NCBI GenBank assembly: GCA_951406725.2
Contig: OX597832.1
Location: 18,600,001-18,664,000, forward strand
Length of the DNA: 64,000 bases
Reading direction: 5' to 3'
Source of the DNA: Octopus vulgaris
Lineage: Eukaryota
Below the pieces are notes generated by a model. It saw only the letters and a list, made by a program, of their open reading frames with translations. It had not been told where the DNA came from and did no database searches. Every line of letters starts with the position of its first letter. Position 1 is the stretch's first letter. Shown piece after piece: positions 27,046-40,296 of this stretch. The position numbers and the translations under genes were made by a program.

Positions 27046-28174
27046 AATATTATTTCATTTTTACTGAAACTAAAATAAAATATACTATATTCACCTTATT
27101 ACTTTAATTTATAATATCATTAATATAAGGCCATGCTTGCCTTTTAGGTGCAGGTGAGGCTACATAATTTGCGTTTGTGTGTGTGTGTGTTTATTCGCAT
27201 ATGCGTTTGCATTGGTTTGTATACACCTGCAAAATATATGAGTCAGGTAAAAGAGACCCGACTTTTAAAATTTATTTCGACTACTTCCTTCAACGTGGTG
27301 TCTAGAATCGCCGCTGTTTATCGAGTGAAAGAAACAAAAGGTGATATTTCAATCTCGTTTTCATGGTAAATATTAATACGATTGTGATGATGATGATGAT
27401 GATGATGATGGTGTGGTCTATGAAGATGATGATGGAGATGAAAATGAAGCTGACGACTAGGATTATGATAAGGTGATGCAGATGTACAAGATGACGATAG
27501 ATCTATTTCTTCCAGGGCTCTGAGTCATTGTTATTTGGAAAAAAAAAATAAACGGGAAAACTCATAAATAGCAAAAAAATGTGAGTTGGCAAAAACGTGA
27601 TCAGTTGTTACTTAATTTTTTTTGACCCAGAACATCGGTCTTTCTACTCGCCATTCTGTCACTCTTTGGTCCCTTCTCTAAGACACTGTTCCAAAAAAAT
27701 AAAAAAAGGTAAAGCTAAAAAAGCGGGCTTTCTTAAAGTAAAAGAAAAGAACACAACAAAAAATAGCAAGAACGTGCTATTTGTCAATGAAGAGAGGGCC
27801 ATAGTTAACATGTATAGTCGAATGACACGTGTAAAATTCTCTTTAAACGTTTTAAGATCCATCTGGGAGATTTTTGCACTAGAAAATATTTCTTTGAACA
27901 GACTAAGATGTCCAAAATTGTTTCAATGGTGGAAATGGAAAGAAATGAGAAGAAAGACTCAGATGTTATGACGTAGAAACGTCGCACTGCTTAAAAGGTT
28001 TTAGCAAAATTAAGTAACACATTTCCAACAAGGAATCAAGTTACGTTTGTTCATGTTGTTTATAATATAATACTTGTCATATGCATATTGAAATATACGC
28101 AAGCACGCAGACGTGCACATACACACAGGCTGCCGCGCGCCCACGCAAACATATACACACACACACACACTCAA

Positions 28175-28215
<41 letters not shown>

Positions 28216-28375
28216 GCCTTGTATTTTGTATATAGCAGATGTCTACCAGTGCACTCATAATATATTTATATATATGCATATAAACATATATACAGATAGA
28301 TAAATATATAGATAGATAAGTAGATAGATACCTACATACATACACACACACATACATACATACATACATACATAT

Positions 28376-28420
<45 letters not shown>

Positions 28421-28743
28421 TATATACAAACCATAAGGCTTTGTAAGTTACGGAGAGAAAGCGAAGATGGAAATTTGTCATAGAATATCTATAATAGTAT
28501 ATCATAATACTAATATTATATAGAGATATTCTCCGATTAAAGCGACATTTATATATTTAAAAAATGACTGAAAAATATTGAGGTAACGCTAGCCAGAATC
28601 GAACCCACATATCAAAGCCTACACGGCTACATGCCCATCCCATTGTGTCAAAAGCTCACACATCAATTTCAACCAAATCAGAGAATATATATATTATTGT
28701 TATTTTATCATAGTTATTATTGCACACACACACACACGCACAT

Positions 28744-28804
<61 letters not shown>

Positions 28805-29102
28805 TACACACAAACATATGGAAAGAGAAAGATAGATAGTTATGTAGGTGGATATATAGAATATATACAGGAACACTAGCTAGTGTTCCATGAGGAAATG
28901 TTATTTGTTGAGCAGCTATATGTATTTGGAACGTTTTTCAGAGGTTTATAAACAAACCTAACATTGAAAGGCATGTTGGAACCTCAACATAAAGCAGATT
29001 CGATTATGATTGTATACGTGGAGTTGTAAACGTAACACTAGTTGTCGTACCTCTATCTGTATAGACACAATTTCCATTAAAGGCGCCAAGAAAGGCGCCA
29101 GA

Positions 29103-29393
29103 CTCTTAGGACCGACTGACCCGTGCTCAAACGCCGTTTGCACGGAACCATTCTCCACTTCGATCTTCGAAGGTTTCGTTCGAATATTTGCTACTACCAC
29201 CGAGATCTGCACCTGCGATCGGCTTCACCCGGGCTCATGCCCGCGGCTTCCATGCACACCACGACGCCCTCCTACTCGACCGGGTATCGGAAAGTCGCCT
29301 CGCCTCCGATCGTGCAACTTGTCACCCGGCCAGTCCGGCATCGGTCGCTCGCTCAAGCGCCATCCGTTTTCGGGGCTGGTCGATTCGACAGGT
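29103..29393 (-). pseudogene. Isolated 28S rRNA fragment (~290 bp)
   Basis: Plus strand CTTAGGACCGACTGACCC, GAATATTTGCTACTACCACC.AGATCTGCAC, CCCTCCTACTCG, AGCGCCATCC.TTTTC.GGGCT.GT.GATTCG are reverse complements of conserved eukaryotic LSU blocks; sharp GC rise; no flanking rDNA. Confidence 0.92.
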
Positions 29394-29419
29394 TGTTGGA
29401 GAATTGTTAGGGGTTCTTG

Positions 29420-29628
29420 AGCATCAAACTAGCAGAATGGTTAACGCATCATAAAATGCGTAGAGGCATTTCTTCCGTGTCTTTACGTTTTCTGTTTAAA
29501 TTTTGCCGTGGTCGACATTGCCTCTTATCCTTTGCGGAAATCAAGGTGAGAAATCTGAACAACTGATGCGTAAACATTTATATACATACCCACACATACA
29601 CACATACACACATATGTGTGTATCTGTG

Positions 29629-29673
<45 letters not shown>

Positions 29674-30810
29674 CATGCATATATACACATCAAAGAAGCA
29701 TATTGGTTTCAAATTTTGGCATAAGGCCAGCAGGTCGATTACAGCGGCAGGTCGGTTACATCGCCTCAGTTTCTCAACCGGAACTTATTTTATCAACCCC
29801 ACAAAGGATGGAAAGCAAATTCGGCCGCGGTGGAATTTTAACTCGGACGAAATAACCCTAAGCATTTTGCCCAAGTTCTAACGAATCTGCCAGGACACCA
29901 AATTATATGTCTCCATGCATATTAGGAATAATATCATCGAGGTTTTATTACCGTGAAGTGTTTTGCATTTAGACGAAATATACAATTATTTGTTTATAGC
30001 AGTTTAATAAATAAAATTAAGATAAAATAAGATAACAAATTCAATTGATCTTCTGTATAAACTTCTTTGTAGTATAAGTAATTGTCAGTTTTCGTTTCTC
30101 GTAAACATGCAAGGCTAATGATCTGGATTCATTAACCACACATAAATTAATGATACTGTCGACATCAACAGACAGAAATAATGGTGTGCTTTAAGGCAGA
30201 AAGCTGAGAGAATCGCTTGCACACCGAGAAATATATTTAACGGTATCTTGTCCATCTTTACGTTCGGAGCTGAAAATCTGCCGAGGCCGACTTTGCTTTT
30301 CATCGTTCGGAGTCGATAGAATAAGTACAAGTTGAACACTCGGATGGATAAAATATACTTAGCCCGTTCCTCAAACTTTTTGACCGTGTGGCAACACTTG
30401 AAACCAATAATTCAACGGCTTTAGGCGGCGAGATGCAAGAATCATGAGCATGCTGGGGAAAATGGTTAGCCACATTTTGTCATACTCCACATACCGATTT
30501 CAAATTCGGCAAAAGTAGACCATGCCATTCATTATTGGGGTGTCGATAAAATAAGTACCATATTCACATTGGGGTGGATTGAATGTACTTAGCTTGTCTA
30601 CCGATCTTCATAATCAGTATTTCGGTGCATTAATGCTGAGAAATGCTTAGTGGCATTTCGTCTGTTTTTTTCTTTCTGAGTTCAAATTCTACTATGGTCC
30701 ACTTTGCATTTCACCCATTCGGGTACGATAAAATAAGTATCAGTCCATCACAAGGTCGATGTAATCTCCCCACCCCAAATTGCAGGCTTTGGACCAAAAT
30801 ATCATATTTG
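29420..30810. mobile_element. Cluster of five decayed SINE family A copies (about 29420-29540 +, 29701-29899 -, 30192-30410 +, 30423-30600 +, 30632-30810 +)
   Basis: Recurrent GTCGATAAAATAAGTACCA and GCTTTTCATC motifs and AAGGCGG-like heads. Confidence 0.7.
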
Positions 30811-31234
30811 AAATATGTTTATCTTTTAAATTTTGCTAAACAAATTTAAATATAAAAATGGAGACGAGTCACTTTTTCAACAAACTTCGTTTCGTGCTAA
30901 TTGGTAACCTTCTTGTACCATTAGAGATAATTAATTATTTTACTTTTGATTAACTTTTAGGGGATAAATTTTGTCTTGTTAAATTTCAATTTCTTTTTTG
31001 TTGTTCATATTTTATCTAGTATCATATTATTTCTATTTACTGTCTCTTTTTCTTAATGAAGTCCCTTAGTCTCCCTTTCACACCTCCCTGAGGACATCGC
31101 TCGCCTGTTTACTTTTCACGCTGTCTTTCTAGCTTATTTTCTTCATCGTTCTACATTCTGTCTGCCTGTAAGTGTGTACTTATATATGCATGTATGTATG
31201 TATGTAATCATGCATGCATACATGGATATATATA

Positions 31235-31269
<35 letters not shown>

Positions 31270-31400
31270 TTACATACATACATATATATATATACATATA
31301 TATATGTACATACATACATACATACATATATATATATAAAAATATATATACATACATGTATATAAATATATAAATATATCTATATATACATATATATACA

Positions 31401-31453
<53 letters not shown>

Positions 31454-31568
31454 ATGTATAGGCAGAGACAGAAAGATAGATAGATCGATAGATATATAGA
31501 TAGATAGATCGATCGATCGATAGATAGATAGATACATACATACATACATAGACCCCTATATTAGCACT

Positions 31569-31616
<48 letters not shown>

Positions 31617-31954
31617 GCGCTCTGTGCCTCTTTCTCACACTTTTTATTTATATTTCACATAATTTACATTTCATTAATCCCATTTTCATCACGATTTCCT
31701 CAACGTATTTATAGTTCAAAATTAATTGTATGCTTGAAAATGTTATATTTAGATATTTTGGTAGAACGCATCTCAGCTTGGCAATCAATTTGAAATTATG
31801 AAAAGATGACAGAGTATTTAATCACCTTCTTCGCTTAATTGTTGTACTTATTATAAGTTCATTTTTTTTTCTTCTCCGTCACTGCTTCTCAAATATCATC
31901 ATTATCATTGCTATACACCTTCACCAATACCTCATCGACCTCCTTCTCCTTCTC

Positions 31955-32180
<226 letters not shown>

Positions 32181-32400
32181 AGACAGCGAACTGGCAGAAT
32201 CGTTAGCGAGCAGGGCAAAATATTCAGCAGCATTTACGTTTAGCCTTTACGATCTGAGTTCGAATTCCGCCGAGTTCGACTCTGCCTTTCAGCCTTCCGG
32301 GGTCGATGAATTAAGTACCAGGGAATCACCGAACCGATGTGATTGACTACTAACCTCCCCGCAAATATCTGACTTTGTGTCTTTAGTTGAAAAGATTATT
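32181..32400 (+). mobile_element. SINE family A
   Basis: CTGGCAGAATCGTTAGC...GAGTTCGAATTCCGCCGAG...GGGGTCGATGAATTAAGTACCAG. Confidence 0.85.
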
Positions 32401-33376
32401 ATACTATTAAGAAATGTCTTTGTATTATTGTTAAGAGAGCGGATCAAAAGCCTTATGAATTTATTTAGGGTTTTTTTCCCCACTAAGTTGCAGACCATTC
32501 TGATTGGTCTGCTTATTAGTGAAGCATTTTCCTGGTAAGGAGGATGAATTCTCTATTCTCATCAACGAAAGCAAATGTCGTTCAGAGTTGTATTTGTTGC
32601 TTTCGCGGCAAATGGAAAAAAAAAAAACTTAATCTAAATCAGAAAAGTTTGAAAGAAATCTACTATCATATTTTTAAAATAGTTAGCTAGTGTATCTTGT
32701 AAGTTAAATATTTTTGAATTGACGTCAATTTAAGTTTCGTTCAAAAGAATAGTTTGTAAGTTGCAGCCAATGTAGTCTTTTCTGAAGCGAATTTAGACGT
32801 GTGTGTATTTGAGTGTGTGTGTTTGAATTTCAGTGTTTAATATTAGTCAAACTCTTCTGTAATACTCTCTCCTAATTTTCACTTTTATTTCTGTGTGTTG
32901 TATTTTAGCTGATTCTTCTATTCCTGAATATTTGTATGGGTGGTTATGGTCTAATTCTCTAATTTCTGCGTCTATGTCGAGTGCAATGTGTTCAGTGTTG
33001 AATATGTTGCCTCTTCTGAATATGTCATTGCCTGTTTAATATATTTTAGCTGTAGTGGGGCTACCTTATTTATGTGGGGACATTATAATTTCCATGAGTG
33101 TGGAAGACTGTCGAATGCTTTCTGGTAATCAATCCACGTCATGTCCTTACACTCCACAATATTTGCACAATTTATCACAAGTTGCTCCTTACAACCATAA
33201 TTCCCTCTCCGGCATCCTTTTTGCTCTTCTGGTAAGACATTGTTATTTTCCAGGTGCTTTCTAAGCTGGCTGTAGATGACTGATATTAGGGTTTTGTAGG
33301 ATGTTAATAGACATGTCATTGGTGTGTAAATTAGGGTGATTTACCTTTCCAGCATCCAGTTTAGTGTTGATTCTTG

Positions 33377-33678
33377 TTTTGATCCTTCACGAGCCATGCC
33401 TGGTTTATAAGGGTCTGTTTCCCGGTTTCTTGGTGTATAGGTTCCCCACCTAGACGGGACGCCGGTCCGTCACAGGTGAGCTGCAAGATGCAGGAAGAAA
33501 GAGTGAGAGAAAGTTGTGGCGGAAGAGTCAGCAGAAGTTCGCCATTAACTTCTGCCGGAGCCGCGTGGTGCTTAGGTGTTTCGCTCATAAACACACACAT
33601 CGCCCGGTCTGAGATTCGAAATGGCGATTCCTCGACCGCGAGTCCGCTGCTCTAGCCACTAGGCCATGTGCCTCCACA
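33377..33678 (-). mobile_element. tRNA-derived SINE, family C-type head
   Basis: Minus strand TGGAGGCACATGGCCTAGTGGCTAGAGCAGCGGACTCGCGGTC...TTCGAATCTC with A and B boxes; head shared with 43775 copy. Confidence 0.85.
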
Positions 33679-33699
33679 CAAATAAAGGAAGGCGCCCTT

Positions 33700-33942
33700 T
33701 TTTTTAAAGCCTAGCCAGGCTCATGGGCCCGGTTTCCCGATTTTTATGGCGTATGTGTTCCCCAGCTGGACGGAACGCCAGTCCATCGCAGCGTTACTCA
33801 TTTTTGCCAGCTGAGTGGACAGGAGCAACGTGAAATGAAGTGTTTTGCTCAAGAACACAACGCGTTGCCAGGTCCAGGAATCGAAACCACAATCTTACGA
33901 TCATGATGCTGACACCCAAACCACTATGCCACGCGCCTTCAC
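33700..33942 (-). mobile_element. tRNA-derived SINE with A-rich tail
   Basis: Minus strand GAAGGCGCGTGGCATAGTGG...GGTTTCGATTCCTGG...TTCTTGAGCAAAACACTTCATTTCACGTTGCTCC; 3' part related to the neighbouring SINE. Confidence 0.85.
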
Positions 33943-34987
33943 CAGTGTTGATTCTTGCACAATTTTCAATAAACTGAACGTTGCCGCTAAGTGGTTACAG
34001 ATATTGGTGAGGTGTTCGAACCAGAAGTTGGGACCCGTATCTATCCTTGGAGATTTCTAGTTGCTGGTTCTCCTCAGCGTGTCCATATCACTTGGCCTGG
34101 GTTGATGGGCCATATCTGTTGTTCTTTTGGGTTATTCCTATCCTTTCCCCTACTAATCTACTGAGCATTTTTGTGTATTTTTGGTTCGCTCCATATTGCT
34201 TCCCAGTAGGACTTAATCGCTGATATTGTTGACATGGCAGCTACTGATATAGCATTTCTTTTTTTTTATTTAACTTTCTATAAAAGCTTGTTTTGTTTAT
34301 TTCGAATTCTCACTTTAGTTAGAAGAAGTGTTCCAGTTTTTCAAACCATTTTAGGCGGTAAGTTTTTACTGCTATGCCGTTTAATTGTTTCTTTTACCTC
34401 CCAGGTATCTGCTTTATTTTTATGTGCATTGTTTTGTTATATGGGGGCTTTGTACTTACTTTTCATATATAATACATTTTTCTCTAATTAACAAAGTGGT
34501 GATAAGCCCTTATTTCCTTTTTGAAATTTTTGGATTACGATCACTTTCCCTTATGGGGTTTCAGATTTGGCAGGTATTATTTTTTCCTTGTAAGGGTCAA
34601 GAGCAGTTTCCCTAGATATCGCTGGTGAGTAGATTGAGTTATTTAGTTTATTGACATCTAGTGTAACTTTTGATATGGTCATGATTACTAGTAAGGCTCT
34701 GTTGTATCTATTTATCCTTTCATAGAGCTGTTTACATTTTTGTAGCCTGGGGAGACACTTGTCTATATTTATCGATTGTTTGATGATTAGTTCTTCATCT
34801 ACTTTTGTTGTTTCTTCAGCGTTTTCGTCTCGGTCCTCGATTAGAGCTTGTCAGTTATGGTGTGTGTTATTTTGTTGTTCTTGTTTCCTGCTTCAGTATT
34901 CGCCTGTCTATGTGTATTATTGATTTGCTATGTTGTTCTATTTATTTCTGGATTGGGACGCTGTGTAGAGATTTTATTATTATTATT

Positions 34988-35301
34988 GAGTGATGGAGCA
35001 GTGCATGCCATCAAAGTGACAGTGGAGTAAAATATACGAAGCCCAATATACCCATCATGACTATTGGTAATCAATTCAAATACTAGAGACTTCCTCTCAA
35101 CACATAACTACGATGCTCCTTTACTACTCCTGCTTTTAATAAGAGTTGCACATGTATCAACAAGAGATATGCTCATCTGGCTAAGGTTAACCCACTGACA
35201 TTCAAATCTGTAGTACTGTGCAGATATTTGGAGTAACCCATTTTCATATCAAGGCAAAACAATGTCCATGACAACACATCCAATCAGTTACGATAAAAAG
35301 C

Positions 35302-35302
<1 letters not shown>
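34988..35302. mobile_element. Interspersed repeat between (TTA)n tracts, possibly Dong-associated
   Basis: GAGCAGTGCATGCCATCAAAGTGACA... bounded on both sides by (TTA)n and adjacent to the R4/Dong fragment; single copy in the window. Confidence 0.45.
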
Positions 35303-35374
<72 letters not shown>

Positions 35375-35395
35375 ATTATTATTATTATTATTATA

Positions 35396-35439
<44 letters not shown>

Positions 35440-35808
35440 GAGTATTATTATTACTCTTTTTCACTCTATTTTAAACATTTACTTGTTTCAGTCATTTAAC
35501 TGCGGCCATGCTGGAGCACCGCCTTTTGCCTTTTGTCGAACCGCTATGTTACGGGGACGTAAACACACCAGTATTGGTTGTCAAGCGATGTTGACGCAGA
35601 CACACAAACATATACACATACATATTTTATATATATATATATATACATATATACGACGGGCTTCTTTCAGTTTCCATTTACGAAATCCACTCACAATGCT
35701 TTGGTCGGACGGAGGCTACAGTAGAAGACACTTTCACAAGGTGCCACGCAGTGGGACTGAACCGGGAGCCATGTGGTTGGTAAACAAGTTACTTACCACT
35801 CCTGCGTC

Positions 35809-35862
<54 letters not shown>

Positions 35863-35895
35863 CATTATTATTATTATTATTATTATCATTATTTT
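35303..35895. repeat. (TTA)n microsatellite split by a family B SINE
   Basis: Runs at 35303-35452 and 35809-35895. Confidence 0.95.
35470..35808 (-). mobile_element. SINE family B
   Basis: TTACTTGTTTCAGTCATT...GGCCATGCTGGAGCACCGCC...GTGCCACGCAGTGGGACTGAACC. Confidence 0.9.
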
Positions 35896-36255
35896 GATCA
35901 GCATCATCATCCGAAAAGTCCGAAGCAGCATGTTCAGATTCGAAACATACATAAAACCATAACATCTGTAGATGTATTATTGTGTGTGTATGTGTGTGTG
36001 TGTGTTTGCGCGCGTGTGTGTGTTGGTGTGTACTGCGCAAGAACTGGAGAATGCATAAATGATTCGAAAGTTTGCTTTCCTAAATGTACAGTTTGGAAAT
36101 GCACTTTCACTTTCCTACTTAATCCTTCAATCCTTCATTCATAGGTTAAGATGTAGAAATGTTGGAATGTTGCTACAATATAATAGAACAACCCCTACCC
36201 AAAATATACACGAGCTAGCGCGCACACGCTTGTATAATATACATACATACAAACC

Positions 36256-36290
<35 letters not shown>

Positions 36291-36517
36291 GTATGTATGT
36301 ATATTTCGTTACATTCATACATATATATATGCAAATTAGCGTCAGGTTTTACATATGTTCACTGTTCTATTTGATAAGTATACATACGTGTGTGTATCTA
36401 ACTTGCCTATCGTATCCTAATTCTTATATAAGTAAGCATTTCTCTCTGCCGGTATCTGTGCGTATATATATATGTATATATATATATACATACATACATA
36501 CATATATACATATATGT

Positions 36518-36578
<61 letters not shown>

Positions 36579-37959
36579 TATATGTGTGTGTGTGTATGTA
36601 TATATATGTATGTGTTACTTTTATCTTCTTTCATTGAAGAAACCCTCTCCACAACCTATACCCACAACACCCAAACAATAATAAAAAAAATCTATAAAAC
36701 ATAACTACAGAAATCTAGTGAAAATAAAATAAGATAAAATAAATAAAATAAAATAAAATAAAATAAAATAAAAATAACGAAAGTAATGCGAGAAAACACA
36801 AAATACTTTAAAAGCTATGTTTTGATACGGCGCTAGAAAAATACGTGCTTACACTTCCACATTGATTGATGTAGCAGGCACAAGGGGAACATTTAGCCTT
36901 ATGCATCTTGATACACAAAATTTTTGGATACACGCGTAATTCATGTGCACATAAGCACGCAGCGCTTCTTAACCCTTAGGCCCCCGTACTATTCAAACTG
37001 CACGCACAAATGCGTGAGACTGCATCGAAGCGTTCTAGTTTTGAGATCTTTCCCGAGACCTACACCTGCAAACCCGTGCGTGTTGCCATACAATAGAGAT
37101 TCGGTGGTCAACTAAACAATACAACGCAAGAATCTTTACTGGAAACGTGACTTAAGAATAATGTAAACTGCTCGTAAGTCTGAGACCAGTGTTAAATAAG
37201 AAGAGGGGAGTTTCAAATCTATAGAATAAGACATTTCGCTTTCTCTCTAGAACACTGCAATATCAATAAAATGGAGGATGGTACTTTTGCATCGGATTTT
37301 TTATATATTTTATTTATTCCTGTTTCTGTTCTTTTTTCTTTATGCCTTTTTTTTTTATCCTGAAAGTTTTTTTATGTGTATTTATTTATGTATTATGTGT
37401 ATGTTATTTTTTTTTTTATTTGCTTTGCAATATTAAGTTTTGTTTCTCAGATTTTCTTATCGCAGTGAAAGCAGAGATTTCTTTTCTTGTTATATATTTT
37501 ATAAAAAAAAAAAATTACGTTATATATACGTGCATACATAGGTATGTAGAAACATACACCTACATACATAATCCACACTCGGACATACAAACACACATAC
37601 GTGCATGTAAGTCATACTTCGTAAAAGTTTGTTCAGAGGTACTATATGTATGTGTGTGTGTATGGACGATTTTATATATATATGTGTATGTGTGTGTGTG
37701 TGTGTATAAACATACAAATATAAACCCTTATCTACAAACACACACATATATATATATATATATATATGTGCATATATATATGTATATATGTACGTGTATA
37801 TATATATATATATGTGTATATAAATATATATATATGTATGTATGTATATATATTTACATATATATATATATATATATATATATGCATAGATATATATATG
37901 TGTATATATATATGTGTATATATATATGTATGTATATATATATCTATGTATATATATAG

Positions 37960-38005
<46 letters not shown>

Positions 38006-38475
38006 TATTATAAACTTGAGTGATCTTTCTCTTTCCGTTACGTTTTACTCTTCGTTAAATACTCCTAGACCGTTGATGGAAGCACAACGAAACTCAAACC
38101 AGCAACTCCCCTAATCTCAGAAAATTTTCATAGGAGGTCCATTTTTTTTAAGGTCCGCATAAATGAAGACCCATTCACTCCCTATTTTAAACTAAATACA
38201 TTTTAGTTTAAATTTTACATGCATTTTAAACTAAATATATGTCATTGGCGAATAACTTGGAGCAATGACAGTGAATTTCATACCATAAACTCTCAAGGAG
38301 TATCGTAAGGAGGTTCACTTTCTGAAGTGCCGCTGCCCCACCCACTCTTTTTATTTCATTTACCTCGCTCCTACGCTTATTCATTAAACTATGATCAGCA
38401 TCAAAATAAAGTTTTAAAACAGGTACGTTTCAAGCGTTGTAGTGTGGATATTTATATTCTGTACTTCATAAGAAA

Positions 38476-38688
38476 TTTTTTGCGTGATAAGATACAAAAT
38501 ACCAAGGCCGTATAGATATTAGAGAATTTATATATATCTAGACTAACTATGACTTAACTTTCCTCTCACACCGTCTCCGATGAAGAGACATTATTAACTA
38601 ATATCCTAGCAACAGCTGTAAGACCTTCTATCTATAAATGTTCTAATATCTATACAGCCTTGGTTTCTTTATCTTATTACGCAAAAAA
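38476..38688 (+). mobile_element. Short element: decayed type I hammerhead plus inverted terminal duplication
   Basis: GTCT-CCGATGA-A-...-GCA-ACAGCTGT-A-AGAC at 38573-38624; inverted arms 38476-38532 / 38633-38688. Confidence 0.7.
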
Positions 38689-39052
38689 TATACATAGACA
38701 CGCTGGCATAGAACCAACGTTGAACCCTTTATTCGCAATATTACCGAATCTGGAACTTAATAATTGTCGCCGGAAATCGATCTACGTTCGCAAGCCGAAT
38801 ACGCTAACCACTCAACCACGCGCTTTCAATAGAAAACCTGTACGTCTTTGGTAATTTGTATGATTCGAACAAAAATCAGCTCCCCGCTAATATGATTAGC
38901 AATGTAGTGATTCCAGCGTTATGACCGTGTTTCTTTGTACGAATTCAGCATTACCTGACACCTCTGGGTCTCAATGACACCATTTTGTAGTTTATTAAAC
39001 TTATGTCTAGTATATGTATATGCAAGAAAAATATTAAAAAGAAAAAAAGACT

Positions 39053-39375
39053 GACACTCCGTCGCTTACGACGACTAGGGTCCCAGCTGTTCCGATCAAC
39101 GGAACAGATTGCCAATGAAATAAACGAGCAAGTGGCTGATTACTCCACAGACACGCGTAGCCCTTCGCATATTTCGCAGGGAGATTGAGTGTGAAACAGA
39201 GTGTGACAAGGTTGGCATTTTGAAATAAAGGTAGTACTCATTTACGAAAGCTGAGCGAAGTGGAGCACTGTGAAATAAAGTGTCTTGCTCAAGGACACAA
39301 CGCGTCGCCGGAAATCGATCTCGCGACCCTACGATCGCAAGCCGAATACGCTAACCTCTCAGCCACGAGCTTTCA
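39053..39375 (-). mobile_element. tRNA-derived SINE with family C tail
   Basis: ACTCCGTCGCTTACGACG...CTCCACAGACACG...TGTGACAAGG is the reverse complement of the 43775 copy tail; tRNA-like head at about 39310-39375. Confidence 0.8.
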
Positions 39376-40236
39376 ATAGAAAACCTGCATGTCTTTGGTG
39401 ATTTGTATGATTCGAACAAAAATCAACTCCACGATAATATGATTAGCAATGTAGTGATTCCAGTGTTATGACCGCGTTTCTTTGTACGAATCGTAATTAC
39501 AATGGGAAAATAATTCAATGCATTCGATTCCGATATTGCAACACCAAACTGTAATAACTTTTCTTAAAGGTTGATCGTAAATATATATCTTCTGCAAACA
39601 ACCAAGAAAGATGTGAAGATTTCAGTTTCAAGTACAAATCTCTAACGATGAAAACAAAAGTAGTATACATACACACACAGTCATGTACACATACAATTAC
39701 AGTCAAAAATACATACATACAGGGAGAAAGATGGAGGGAGACAGAGATACATTTGCATAATATTTACAAAAGTGTGTTATCTACATTAAGGGTAAAATGA
39801 AAATACAAAACCGAAAATATAGATATATGTATGTTTATATTCCGATTCTGAATTACCAGAATCTCACGTTTGTAGAGAAAAAGAATCCTATTTGTTTTTC
39901 TATTTTCTTAAATTAGAATATTTTAATCAAATTCCTGAATACATGCAGAGGCATGTAAAAATTGACAACTCTGCATTTCATTGAAAGCGATATGTATGCG
40001 CATAAAGAATATAAATAATATATAAATTATATATATGTGTATATATATATGTGTGTGTGTGCATATATAGATATATATGTATATAGATACATATATATAT
40101 ATACATATATACATATATAAAACATATATGTATATATATATACATACATATATATATATATACATACATATATATATGTGTGTGTGTGTGAATATATAAA
40201 TATGTGAATATATAAATATACATATACACAACACAT

Positions 40237-40296
<60 letters not shown>

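Larger units (their letters stand above)
33083..34980 (-). mobile_element. Decayed R4/Dong-like non-LTR retrotransposon ORF (RT region), interrupted by SINEs
   Basis: TCLLTSYKTL...HLENNNVLPEEQKGCRRGNYGCKEQLVIN...WIDYQKAFDSLPHSW; upstream LRRTSN*KSPRIDTGPNFWFEHL; adjoins (TTA)n. Confidence 0.85.

Noticed and set aside
27597-27971. 124-aa non-repetitive ORF
   Set aside because: GTG start, A-run-driven Lys richness, no recognisable domain or exon boundaries
29010-29454. Three overlapping GC-rich ORFs
   Set aside because: Antisense to the 28S rRNA fragment
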